The notes under the pieces: generated by a model
Database searches by the model: none
What the model saw: only the letters and a program-made list of their open reading frames with translations
Told to the model about the DNA's origin: nothing
Shown: piece by piece, positions 41,264-53,997 of the stretch
Layout: each line of letters starts with the position of its first letter
Numbering within the stretch: the first letter of the stretch is position 1
DNA from: Octopus sinensis
Taxonomy: Eukaryota
Direction of reading: 5' to 3'
DNA: 64,000 bases
Assembly: GCF_006345805.1 (NCBI RefSeq)
Contig: NC_043003.1
Span: 18,042,001 to 18,106,000, forward strand
Program-made: the position numbers and the translations under genes

Positions 41264-41685
41264 TAATAATAATAATAATAATAATAATATAACAACAACA
41301 ACAACAACAACAGCAACAGCAGCAACAACAGTAGACGTTCCAAATTTTGGGACAAGGCCAGTAAGTCTTTTTAGGGGAAAGATATTAGTCGATACCGTCG
41401 ACCCCAGTACTTCCCTGGTACTTTATTTTATCGACCCTGTAAGGATGAAAGGCAAAGTCGACCTCGAAGGGGAGATACTTGAAATGTGGTGGATAACAAA
41501 TAAGTTTTATAAGAAATAAAATTACAAACCAGTACAAGAATAGGTGTTTTCACAGTGTTAAGCGGCACCGAGAAGCCATAACATGAAATTTTTGCGGAAA
41601 TAGTTTTTTATTTGTCTTTACGTTTTTATTCTTACAAAAGTTTGTTGTTGTCGTTGTTTTGTCATTTTTCTTCGTTTTCCCGGTT

Positions 41686-42201
41686 TTAATCAACCATTTG
41701 GTTGCAGGCCTCTTCTAAATCATCACACATAGTTTTATATTTCGCCTGTTCATCTCCGAGTTCTTTTGTAAGTTTGTCGATATCATTCTCAAGTTTTTCG
41801 ACATTTCGTTCAGCCTCTAACGCCCTGCTTTCAGCTGATTGAAGCTTTGTAGAATCATCCTCGGCTTGTACTCTTTTCTCTTCTAATAAACCTTCTGATC
41901 GGGTAAGATCCGATTCTAAAAGATTGATTTTACGGTTTAGATCTTGGGTCTCGCTCTCCGTCTCGGACAGTTTCTCTTCTGTATATCGTAATAAGTCCTG
42001 TGTTTTCTCCAACTGACCAGTTAATTCATCAAAATCTCTTTCTAAATTTCCATGCTTCTTCTGAAGCCACGCCAGTTCGTCATCAACTTTCTTTTTCTCT
42101 TCTTCCAACTGTTGGTATTTGTTCGAAATGTCTTCAGCTTTTTCCAAAGCGTTTACTCGCTCCAGAATCAAAGCATTCATTTTTTTCTTGCACGCTTCCA
42201 T
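41686..42201 (-). CDS. Short intronless tropomyosin-like coiled-coil protein, 171 aa
   Basis: MEACKKKM N-terminus (cf. MDAIKKKM), LQKKHGNLERDFD, LNRKINLLESDLTRSE and AESRALEAERNVEKL. No Pro, continuous heptads, aaacATG context and TAA stop. Confidence 0.9.
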   Translation of the reverse strand: MEACKKKMNALILERVNALEKAEDISNKYQQLEEEKKKVDDELAWLQKKHGNLERDFDELTGQLEKTQDLLRYTEEKLSETESETQDLNRKINLLESDLTRSEGLLEEKRVQAEDDSTKLQSAESRALEAERNVEKLENDIDKLTKELGDEQAKYKTMCDDLEEACNQMVD

Positions 42202-42317
42202 GTTTACTTATATATTCTAATATAAGAGCCACGCGTTAACTTTCAAATCTAAAGTTAAGATATTCCGGTAATATATTCCAAAATATATATATATGATTTA
42301 TTAAGCACAGTCGAAGT

Positions 42318-42442
42318 GCTTCTTTGACTCCGAGGAGAACAACTTAATGAATCTGTAACAGAGCCAGAAGTGGTTGTAACTGCTTGATCAACTAACGTTA
42401 ACTACTTCTGTGTATCACTAACGTATGAGAGTTACCTACCTT
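42318..42442 (-). promoter_or_regulatory. Conserved upstream non-coding block of the 171-aa gene (probable core promoter/5' UTR)
   Basis: Aligns without gaps to 54747-54871 with about 23 mismatches in 125 bp, at the same distance from the ATG, with no codon periodicity. Confidence 0.6.
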
Positions 42443-42939
42443 GATTTATACAAATTCATCAATGTCATGATGAAATATATGAATGAACTATGGCGAGATA
42501 TTTTTCCAGGATTTTTATCGCTTTCTTTGACTTGTTTGTGATTTTCCCATTCTATATCGCTTTATCTCTGTAAATAGTTGTCGACACTAATAGTAATCCA
42601 CGCCATATATATGCGTCTATGTGTAAATGCACATATGTGTGTGTGTGTGTGTGTGTGCATTGTGCAGGTATATATTTTTCTATAATATAAATTGAACATG
42701 GGCTATCGTTGTATTCTTTCTTGTCTTGAGGTTCACACCCAAACGGCTGGGTGGATTTGTGTGGGAAATGACACACACGTGGAGACGGATGCATAGATTG
42801 GAATGTGGTTTGTACTTTTTTCCTAGCCCCCATAGTTACCGAAAAAATCTATTCAAGAGACCCGAAATAATAAGGTTGAGAAACGCTGTTATAGATTATA
42901 CCTAACCGAAAACGATCCCACCCACATCATCCAAACAAA

Positions 42940-42966
42940 CCGGGTGAAACCGGGCTTAGCTGCTAG
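42940..42966 (+). mobile_element. Helitron-type 3' end
   Basis: ccgggtgaaaccggg hairpin followed by gctgCTAG|T. Confidence 0.55.
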
Positions 42967-43024
42967 TATGTATATATATATATATAGATATATATATATA
43001 TATGTATGTGTATATGTATATATA

Positions 43025-43081
<57 letters not shown>

Positions 43082-43085
<4 letters not shown>

Positions 43086-43260
43086 TCTGTAATTATAAAC
43101 ATAATTATAATTAGGGGTCAGCTAATCGCTTCACAACATACCGAATTAGAAATAGGAGTTAAAAATTCCTTTTCTACCTAACTCCTATTTCTAAATTCGG
43201 TATGCTGTGAAGCAATTAGCTGACCCCCTAATTATAATCATGTTTATAATTATCGAATAT
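43082..43260. repeat. Foldback element: ~80-bp inverted arms, 17-bp spacer
   Basis: atattc..aattataaacat...gaaataggagtta / taactcctatttc...atgtttataatt..gaatat. Confidence 0.9.
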
Positions 43261-43408
43261 TTGTATAATAAAGGTTATTTTAACGTACCGATCTACTTGG
43301 TAAAATCATTAATTAATTAATTGATTAATTAATTTAATTAATTAATTTTACCCTTTTATTATTAATATACGTACATATATGTATATATATATATATATAT
43401 ACTCATTT

Positions 43409-43808
43409 ACTCTTTTGCTTGTTTCAGTCATTTGACTGTGGTCATGCTGGAGCACCGCCTTTAGTCGAGCAACTCGACCCCGGGACTTATTCTTTGTAAG
43501 CTCAGTACTTATTCTATCGGTCTCTTTTTGCCGAACCGCTAAGTGACGGGGACATAAACACACCAGCATCGGTTGTCAAGCAATGCTAAGGGGACAGACA
43601 CAGACACACAAACATACACGCACACACACATATATATATATATATACATATATACGACGGGCTTCTTTCAGTTTCCCTCTACCAAATCCACTCATAAGGC
43701 TTTGGTCAGCCCGAGGCTATAGTAGAAGACGCTTGCCTAAGGTGCCACGCAGTGGGACTGAACCCGGGACCATGTAGTTCGTAAGCAAGCTACTTACCAC
43801 ACAGCCAC
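43409..43808 (-). mobile_element. SINE family D
   Basis: Near-full copy with an internal microsatellite. Confidence 0.85.
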
Positions 43809-43857
43809 GTATGTATGTATGTATGTATGTATGTATGTATGTATGTATGTATGTATG

Positions 43858-43894
<37 letters not shown>

Positions 43895-44090
43895 GAATGG
43901 AACCTTAACCTCCATTATTCTTAGACGCAATGTATTATACTACTCGAGTAATAAATTATCTATGGAATTTCAGTTTGTATAAATTGCTTCCTAAAAGGAA
44001 ATCTATCCACTTGTATTGACCTCTGTTAACCGTTATTCAAAGGAGTGCTGCCCGGCAATACTGCCCAGACTTATAAATCCCATTTCATCT

Positions 44091-44171
<81 letters not shown>

Positions 44172-44240
44172 TGTGTGCGTGCGTGTGTGTGTACGCGTGC
44201 ATGGGAATGTATAAGTGTACGTATACGGGTGGGGGTATGC

Positions 44241-44278
<38 letters not shown>

Positions 44279-44385
44279 GTATGTATATACGTATATATGC
44301 ACGCGCATCTATATATCTATCCATCTATATACATGCATATGTGTGTGTGCACACATATACATACATACATACATACATACATACA

Positions 44386-44418
<33 letters not shown>

Positions 44419-44921
44419 CTTTCATCTTTTACTTGTTTCAGTCGTTGAACTCCGGCCATACTGGGGCGTCTCTTTGAAGAATTTTTAGTCTAATGAATCG
44501 ACTTAATATCTTTCTAAGCCTGGTACAAATTCTAACGGTCTCTTTTGCCGAACCGCAAATTTCCGGGGGCGTAAATACACCAACACCGGTTGTCAAGCGG
44601 TGGTGTGGGACAAACCTAAACACGATGGACTTCTTCCAGTTTCCTCCTACCAAATCCACCCACAAGGCTTTGGCTAGACTAGGCTATAGTAGAAGACACT
44701 TGCCCAAGGTCCCGTGCAATGGGACTAAACCCAGAACCATGTGGTTGGGAAGCAAGCTTCTTACCACACAGCCACTCCTCTAGGTTTGTGAGTACATATA
44801 TATGTATTTATATATAAATATACATACATAGAAACACATATATGTACTTCTATATATGTGTATATATATGTAAACATACATACATACATACATACATACA
44901 TACACAGACACACAAACATAT

Positions 44922-44968
<47 letters not shown>

Positions 44969-45140
44969 CATACGACGGGCTTCTTTCAGTTTCCGTCTAC
45001 CAAATCCACTCACAAGGCTTTGGTCGGCCCGTGGCTATAGTAGAAGACACTTGCCCAAGGTGCCACGAAGTGGGACCGAACCCAGAACATGTGGTTCATA
45101 AGTAAGCTACTTACCACATAGCTACTCCTACGCCCATATA

Positions 45141-45228
<88 letters not shown>

Positions 45229-45306
45229 ATACTTTAATTGTTCCACGTCCTGCGTTGCTGTGTTTTTTCTCTTTTTTTCTTTTTTTCTGTGTTTTCTTGT
45301 TTGGAT

Positions 45307-45354
<48 letters not shown>

Positions 45355-46221
45355 ATATATAAAGTTGAATTGAAAACGTGAAACTATCGCATGTTTATTT
45401 AACATTCAAAACCCTTCACTGTAACTATTTTTGCCCGCCATAACCTATTGATGGTATTTTAAGCTTAAAAGATTAATACTCAGGGAAGTTATTTCTAAAC
45501 TATAATTTAACTATTATTTATTAAACTATTATTGCAATATAGAGTAACTTCCCCTTCACTACGTAACTACATGCAACAATGCATTTTTGACAGCAAAAAA
45601 AAAACTGCGTTTCAAACTTTACTTTTTGTATTACTCAGTCAAATGGAATGAACTTATTCTAAGATCTACACTTTACTAGAATTTTCTTTCTTAATTTTCT
45701 TTTGTTTACTTCTCTGTAGTGTCTAGCGCAATAATTATTAATACGGTATTTCGACTTACATGACAGAAATATCGGCAAAAACTAATCAAAAAACGGAAAC
45801 AGGAAATATAAAGGTATTAATTAGCTTGGCATCCTTTGGAAAATGCCGATTTGTTTTGCTTTTTACTTGCGAGACTGATTTCTGCATTCTTCGTTTAGTT
45901 TTGAATTTTGCTTCATGTGGTAAAACAATAAAAATTATTTAAATTCTTTAAATTCTGCTAATATTACCTCATTTGTTTTCTATTTCGTTTTTTGCATTTG
46001 GTTTGCAAGATTCTTGGCGGGAACTCATGAGTTAAAACCTATTTTGCTGTACCTCAGGAGGGTCAATATCATAGGCTCGAGGATAGGCGGTGGAGTGGTT
46101 GCAAATGCACCTCCTAAAACTTTTTGTAGAGCAATGAATACGCTTTGAACAGCTTCGGGTGGACCTAGGCTTGCACCCGCTGAGCAAATTTCGTTCCAGC
46201 ACTCATGTTCATTATGCCAAT

Positions 46222-46484
46222 AATAAACATACGCACAGTTTCTATTTCACTTCTTTCTTTTTTCTTTATTTGTCAATTGGTTAATTACATAACTAATTAA
46301 CTAACCGATTTTTTTACTAACCGTTCGTTCAATTAATTAAAGTCCTTTTTAATCGTCATTCGTGACCCTATCAGTGATATATTCTCCCTAGTCCAAGTCT
46401 GCTTCCTAACTGCTTAAATAATTAACCAATTGACAAAAAAAAAAAAGATAATGAAGTGGAATATAACCGATGCGTGTGTTTATT
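46222..46484. mobile_element. MITE-like element with ~65-bp imperfect TIRs
   Basis: aataaacatacgca...tttgtcaattggttaatta / taattaaccaattgacaaa...tgcgtgtgtttatt. Confidence 0.6.
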
Positions 46485-46576
46485 TTTAAGATAATGTCCC
46501 TTCTGAGATATAACCAAAGACCTCACTTTGCTCGTTCAAAATCTATTTCATGATAAAAATTATAATACCTTTGAAG

Positions 46577-46796
46577 AAGTGGTTCCCAAAGTGGGCGGTG
46601 GAAAGATCCGGGGGGTATTGAAGAAAATAGGGGTGGGATGACCAAAGCGGGGCAATGGATGTAAAAAAAAATCAAACAAAATAAAGGGTTAATTAGTTTG
46701 TTTTATTTGTAAAATACTGTTATTTTGAATTTGCTGCAGAAAATGGTCTACGTCTGTGATGGTGAGCAGCGGCTTGAAAAAGTTTGGGAACCCCAG
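46577..46796. mobile_element. hAT (Charlie-like) MITE, degenerate
   Basis: Ends a(c)gtggttcccaaa ... tttgggaacccc(a)g resemble CAGTGGTTCCCAA-type TIRs. Confidence 0.55.
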
Positions 46797-49148
46797 CCTT
46801 AAAATAAAGGTTCTCAAACTGAGCTTCTCATACCTCTAGGAGTATGCAAGAGAAATTACGGAGGCGTGTGAGATTTGTAAAAGACTTGCAAAAGACTTTA
46901 CAAAAAGACTTGTAAAAAAACTTAGGTGCAGAAGTGGCTGTATAGTAAGTAGCTTGCTTACCAACCACATGGTTCCGGGTTCAGTCCCACTGCGTGGCAC
47001 CTTCTACTATAGCTTCGGGCCGACCAAAGCCTTGTGAGTGGATTTGGTAGACGGAAACTGAAAGATGTATGTGCGTGTGTGTGTGTGTGTGTGTGTGTGG
47101 AGGCGCAATGGCCCAGTGGTTAGGGCAGCGGACTCGCAGTCGTAGGATCGCGGTTTCGATTCCCAGGCCGGGTGTTGTGAGTGTTAATTGAGCGAAAACA
47201 CCTAAAGCTCCACGGGGGTCCGGCAGGGGGTGGTGGCGATCCTTGCTGTACTCTTTCGCCACAACTTTCTCTCACTCTTTTTTCTGTTGGCCTGCTCGCT
47301 TAGCCAGCGGGGTGGCATCATTTGAAGGCTAAAACAATGCGAATCGCATTGTGACCAGCGATGTGTAACAACATCTGATAGCCTGGTCTGTCACAGTGAT
47401 CACAGTGATATATATATATATATATATATATATCATTATTTTCTTAAATTAAAAGTTATCAGTTATACAAAAAGAATCTTAAAAAACAGAATGACACAAA
47501 CCTTTTGGAAAGGAATTTATGTATTGTGTTAAGTGCTTTCGCTGTTTATAGCTTTTCATGCACACGTATAACCTTCGCAGAGTATTCTTTTAATTGAAGT
47601 TGGGTGTGGGACAAAAATGATGGAGAAACATTGGTTTAATATCTCTGAATATCTACTTTTGTGGTAATCTTGCCAGCTTGCAATCAACTAACAGAGAGAA
47701 TCACTCCAAGTAAGACATTGTGTCTAAAGCCGTATCGAATCAACCAATCCAGGAACCCTGGTCACTTCAAATTGAAAACTGCCTGCACAGGGATAAAAAG
47801 GTCCTCTCTCCAATGCTTCTACTACAAAATAAACGCCGTAGCTTTTTTCTTTGTCATTCCGTATTTTTCTATTCCAAATCCATTTCTGGTTTTAATAACA
47901 GCACCTGATCATTGGGTGCCGTTAGTGTGGACACTCTTTAACAAGCAACTGAACCAGGTTTCGAGTCTGAGGATAAATTTATATCCTGATGCGTTGCTTA
48001 TCGCTGTCTCTTCTCTTGCTTAGAGCCGTTGTTTGTCAGAGAAAGTCATTCTCTGATAAGAAAGAGTACCACTAAATATGGCAGGGGGCGCAATCTGTTT
48101 TATTTGTCTAACAAGCCCTCATTCGGCTACTGACCGTACCTCTGAACTACAAGGGTTTCTAATAATTCTCACTAGGTTTTCATTTTCTTTCTCCAACTCA
48201 AATGTAACTTTGAATTAATCAAACATTCTTTTTTCATGAAGGATTGAATTAGTGGTTTATCTTGATCAGGGCCTAAAAGAGGCGAGAGTTCCAGCTGGTT
48301 CGTCGATCTAGGAACGCAAGGAGGGACTCGTAAATATCTGGTAGGACCTTCTAGATCCTTACCTGAAGGAAAAACGCACAACCACCCCACCTTTGAATTT
48401 TAAGAGGGTCCTCTACCATTAACACCCTCCGGAGACTCGTCAGCAGTTTTAGCCCGACTAAAAAATTTATCTGAGAAGCCCTTGCAAAGAACCTATGAGT
48501 TATGGATTCTTCTTCCTTTACTTCTATTAGTCTCTGGAGACCTTGAAAGGTCCAACGTTCAACGTGGTCGCTCTACATGCTAGAAATAACTGCCGAACCT
48601 CCCTCAGATGACTTGGGCTAAACAACAACAACCTGCTAGCATATCGAACTTAGCTCAAATGTTTTCGTCCAAAATACTGCCTGGTCATGAATTGTTGTCG
48701 TTGTTGTTGCTGCTGCTACAACTGCTGCTGCCGCTGCTACTGCTGTTGCCGCTGCTGCTGCTGTTTGCTACGGATCACTTCTAATCGAGTAGACTTATTT
48801 ATAAAAGGTGGTTCATCTCACCTCTATCAATTTTGTTTCGTTTTTTTTTTCCTACTTGTTTATTGTTTTTAAACCACGTGTATCAAAGAATACATTATAC
48901 TATGTATCTTTCTCGTAACGTTTTTCTTTTCTTTTTCTTTTTTTTTCCGGATCCCCGAGTTTTCAGCAACGAAGATTATGATTTTGTATAAAACGAGAAA
49001 AAAAATAATAAAGTGTAGCTTTTCAAATTTTTGATTCCCAACATCAAATGATTTTTGGTTTTAACATTCTTTCTTTCGAATATTTTCTTCGGTGTGGATG
49101 TGTGAATGTGTGCGCATGTATGTATGTATGTATTTATGTATACTCTTT

Positions 49149-49347
49149 ACTCTTTTACTTGTTTCAGTCATTTGACTGTGGCCATACTGGACCACCGCCT
49201 TTAGTAGAGCAAATCGACGCCACGACTAATTCTTTGTAAGCTTAGTACTTATTCTATCGGTCACTTTTGCCGAACCGCTAAGTTACGGTGACGTAAACAC
49301 ACCAGCATCGGTTATCAAGCGATGTTGGGGGGGATAAACACACACAC

Positions 49348-49392
<45 letters not shown>

Positions 49393-49558
49393 TACGACAG
49401 GCTTCTTTCAGTTTCCGCCTACCAAATCCACTCACAAGGCTTTGGTCGACCCGAGGCTATAGTAGAAGACACTTGCCCAAGGTGCCACGCAGTGGGACTG
49501 AACCCGGAACCAGATGGTTGGTAAATAAGCTACTTACCACACAGCCACTCCTGCGCCT
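49149..49558 (-). mobile_element. SINE family D
   Basis: Full head-to-tail copy. Confidence 0.88.
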
Positions 49559-51050
49559 ATGTATGTATGTATGTATGTATGTATGTATGTATGTATGTAT
49601 GTATGTATGTATTTATGCGTACCATACTTAATGTAAATATATCGCGAAAAGAAGATTTATTGCTGTATTCATCCGGGGATAGTATCTCTAATGGACGTGG
49701 ACGTGCTATGTATAAAAGTACAATATATATCAGGAGCAAGTAACGGCCGGTGAGAACTGGACAGCATTTCCGCCTACTGCGGGTTCTCAATAGCACGCTA
49801 AGAGGAAATCAGTCCCTCTGTGTGTGTGCGCGCGCGCGTGTGTGTATGCGCGTGTGTGTGTGTATGCGCGCGAGCGTGCGCGCGTGAGAGAATGAGAAGG
49901 TGAATAAGAAGGTGAATGAGTGAGTGAGTGAGTGAGTTTCTTTTAGATTATCATTATAATGTATAAATAATATATATCATAATCTGTGTTACTTTCTTTA
50001 ATTTCCTGCCTCACAATTTGACAGACATACCTCACATATTTTACTAATTTGCTATATTCCTATTTCTAACTAACAAATTGACAAAAAGCAATGTATTCAG
50101 CATATAAAAAAAAAAACCTCTACCGCCCACAAGAATTTCAAAACTATTTCCTCTGCATTCGTTCATCACCTAAACTAAACTCGCAGTCGCCCACCAGTGC
50201 TAAATATCGCCCGGGGTTGACAAAATCCTGAGTTAATAAGCTTTGGCGAACATTTGAGTTATTTCCCCTTAGTTAATATTTTTACGAAGTTTCGATTATC
50301 TCAAATTTAGGAAAAGGAATTCTATCGATTATCTCAAACTTTGCTAGTGCAAACTTTATTAATTTCATGCCTCTTCTTTCTTTCTCAGGAACGGTGAAAT
50401 AAAAGTTGATTCGGCCGGATAGGGGCCTTGTAATTAAAGATATATTACTAAGTACTGCTGAATTTTCTTATCAGACGCTCTTACATGCATCAAATAATGT
50501 AAGTAATTGATAAGACGCGAAAAGGAGCAACATAATTGCTATGACAGCATCGGTTTCCTCGTCTCCGTTTTCCCCTACCTTATATAGCTGGCAAGCATCT
50601 ACCACCTTCTGTTCACCCACAGCTACATCAAGCCACACTCAACTTACACACCTACTTCTACCGCTTCCTTATATTTCTTACAATCACCATCACCACCACC
50701 TCCACCAACATTATAGTCTTCCATATTTTCTTACTTTGGTCGCTCTTTCCTCAAATATCATCGCATTTCTCACCTCCTCCTCCTCCTTCCACTCCTAAAC
50801 GCCACTCCGTCTTCCTCTCTTCATCCTTTTCCCCACTCTTGAATTTCTTCCTCATTTTTCTTACCTATTTACTTCCCTTTTCCTTCCTAACATGCCTTCA
50901 CTCACCCACCCCCCACCCCGCCCCGCCCTCTCTCTCTCTCTCTCTCTCTAAAACTATTTCCTCTCTCTCTCTTACTTGCTCTCTGATGTTAGAATCTCAT
51001 TTTCTCTTCTTCCACTCGTAACTTAAATTTCTTATTTCCCCCACCAGCAT

Positions 51051-51129
<79 letters not shown>

Positions 51130-51216
51130 TTCTCTCTCTTTCTCTCTATCTATCTATCTATCTATCTCTATCTCTCTCTCTTTCTTTCTCTCTCTTTCTC
51201 TCTCACTCTCCCTGTA

Positions 51217-51276
<60 letters not shown>

Positions 51277-51323
51277 GATTTATATATATTATATATATAT
51301 GTATATTTATATATATATATGTA

Positions 51324-51364
<41 letters not shown>

Positions 51365-51431
51365 AATTTATATAAAATGTTATATCTTCATTTTCTTACT
51401 CTCTTTGAGTATATGTATATGTGTGTATGAG

Positions 51432-51462
<31 letters not shown>

Positions 51463-51521
51463 TGTGTGCGTGTGTGTGTGTGCCCCTTCCTCTATCTATC
51501 TATCCGTCTATCTATCTATCC

Positions 51522-51566
<45 letters not shown>

Positions 51567-52100
51567 ATTCTCGTTCTTTTCAACTTACCTTTCCGTTGTA
51601 GTAATTACACCTTGCTCAAAATATTTCTTTCTTTCAGATGCTTTTCTTACTTTTTCTTTTTTACATCAGGAGGGCCATCTTTCTAGTTTTTCATGCGAAA
51701 TCTTCAATCGTCCCACAAAGAAGTAAAAACGTATAGCTTATAGCATTCGTCTGTTTCAGCCACCACCCAGCAAGAATAGGTTTAAAGGAGCGACGAAGAA
51801 AGCGCTTTCCAGAATTTATAATTTCTGATCTTATTGAGATACTAACTTTCATCCCTCTGGAATCGGTAAAACAAAGTAGGAGTCAAGTATTAGGGTCGAT
51901 GGTATCAACAGGCACTCTCCCTACAAAATTGTTAGCTTTGCGCCAAAATTAGACAGGGTCATCGTAATCATCATCATTATCAACATCATCATCATCATCA
52001 TTATACATTAATCTATGTAGGCAGGTATGTATAATTGCATAAGTATGCATATGTGTGTATATATGCGTACGTGTGTGTGTCAGAGAGAGAGTGTGTGTGT

Positions 52101-52202
<102 letters not shown>

Positions 52203-53997
52203 TGTACGTGAGAGCTATACTTAATTGTATTTTGACGGCAGTATTTATAGATATCGTGCAAATAGCGCGGAGAGTATAATCCTTCCTGTATTTGGGAAAA
52301 GTCGTCGTCGTCGTCGTCGTCGTCGTGGTTGTCGTTGTTGTTGTTGTTGTTGTTCTAATGAGCGTCTCTTGTTACTTTTCTCCAATTAAATGTTTAAAAA
52401 CCACCAAAGAGATTTCAGCGGAACACAAGTTGTTTTAGGAAAAATTTTTTTCGAAATCTCTTTGAAAAAGTAAACCACAGCCAGAAATGAGGTTATTTTC
52501 TTAAGTGTTGCGTTTCTTGGGCTATTTTAGCCATTTTTCAGTGAATTCTAATCAGTTGTTGCTGCTGCAGCCGATATATACAATGTATAACCAAGATAAG
52601 CAATCCTTCAAACATTTTGTGTATTTTAAGTTGAGAAGTATTGGAATAAAGAGCTAACAAAACGTTTGTATGTTTGTCTGTTTTCAGAAATACATGCACA
52701 TTGGTTTCCAGATAATTTTCTATTTTCTTGTTTTGTTTTTACCATAAAAATATAGAAAGAAAGTTAATACTGTCCAAAGTGAGTAGTCGTTTTATGTCAG
52801 AGCGTAAGTTTACTCAGACTAAAATATTTTCGGAAGACATTTTGATGGCTGTTTCTCTGTTGATGTTCATTTTTTTAAATCCAGTCGATATTTAATGTTT
52901 TAATGGGAAACACATACGAGTTTTTTTTTTTTCAAACAAGGAAGATTTATTGTTCACAGAATATGGCCATTGAAATTATTTCAGATTTGTTTGTAAAAAA
53001 CATACGTAGCTACATACATAATTTCAAAAGATTAGTATACACGCATATATACGTGCATACATATGTTCATACATACATACATACATACATACATACATAC
53101 ATACATACATACATACATACATACATACGTACGTACGTACGTACATACATACATATATACATACATGCATACATACATAGGTGTTTAATTACATACATAA
53201 ATATATGCATACATATATACACATTCGTGCTTACATATGTTCATACAAGCATACTGGTATGAGCATACAAACATATATGCATACACGCGTGTGCAATTAT
53301 GTACATAAAACATGCATACATACATACATACATACATACATACATACATACATACATACATACATACATACATACACACACACCTTCCTTTATGTATGTA
53401 TGTATGTATGTATGTATGTATATATACATACATGCATGTATGCATATATGCATAGATACATGCATGTATGCATATATACATACATGCATACATACGTATA
53501 TGCAAACATAATCTTCCTGTGTTAAGTTTAACATAGTTATTTAACAATTAACAATAATTTAACAATTAACAAGCAAACAAGTTGAGAACGATTTGGGTGG
53601 ATAAAAGTTCAAAATATCAGCAAAAGCTTTCATAACTTAAAAGCAAATGAAAGAAATAATTAACTTAATTTTCATATATTTTTTTTAAAATTAACCTACC
53701 ACTAACAATAATAATAAAAGCTGCTTGAATTGTGTAGCGTAAGATTTGAGTGTCATAAGAAAATGTAATACGAACCAGTACAAGATACAATAATTGGGTA
53801 TTAACACTGTCAAATAATGACAATGAGTAAATCGTAACATTTTTAAAGCAATTACTTAGATTTGTCTTTATGCATTATTCTTGCGTGTTTTTCGTTTGTT
53901 TTTTTTTCAGGGAGTGGGGGAAGATTGTTTTGTTTTTGTTTTTTGTTTTGATTTTTGTGGGGTGGTTAGATAAGCTCAGCTCTTAATCATAACTGTT

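Noticed and set aside
41686-42201. Explaining the mini-tropomyosin deletion as simple exon skipping of a canonical Tm mRNA
   Set aside because: From recalled Tm exon boundaries (codon 125 and codon 234/235), skipping exons 4-7 would be out of frame and would not give a 112-aa offset; needs checking against the real gene structure.
47661-48560. Repeat-poor region with short ORFs
   Set aside because: Stops in the frames examined and no recognisable motifs; only the splice-like site is noted.
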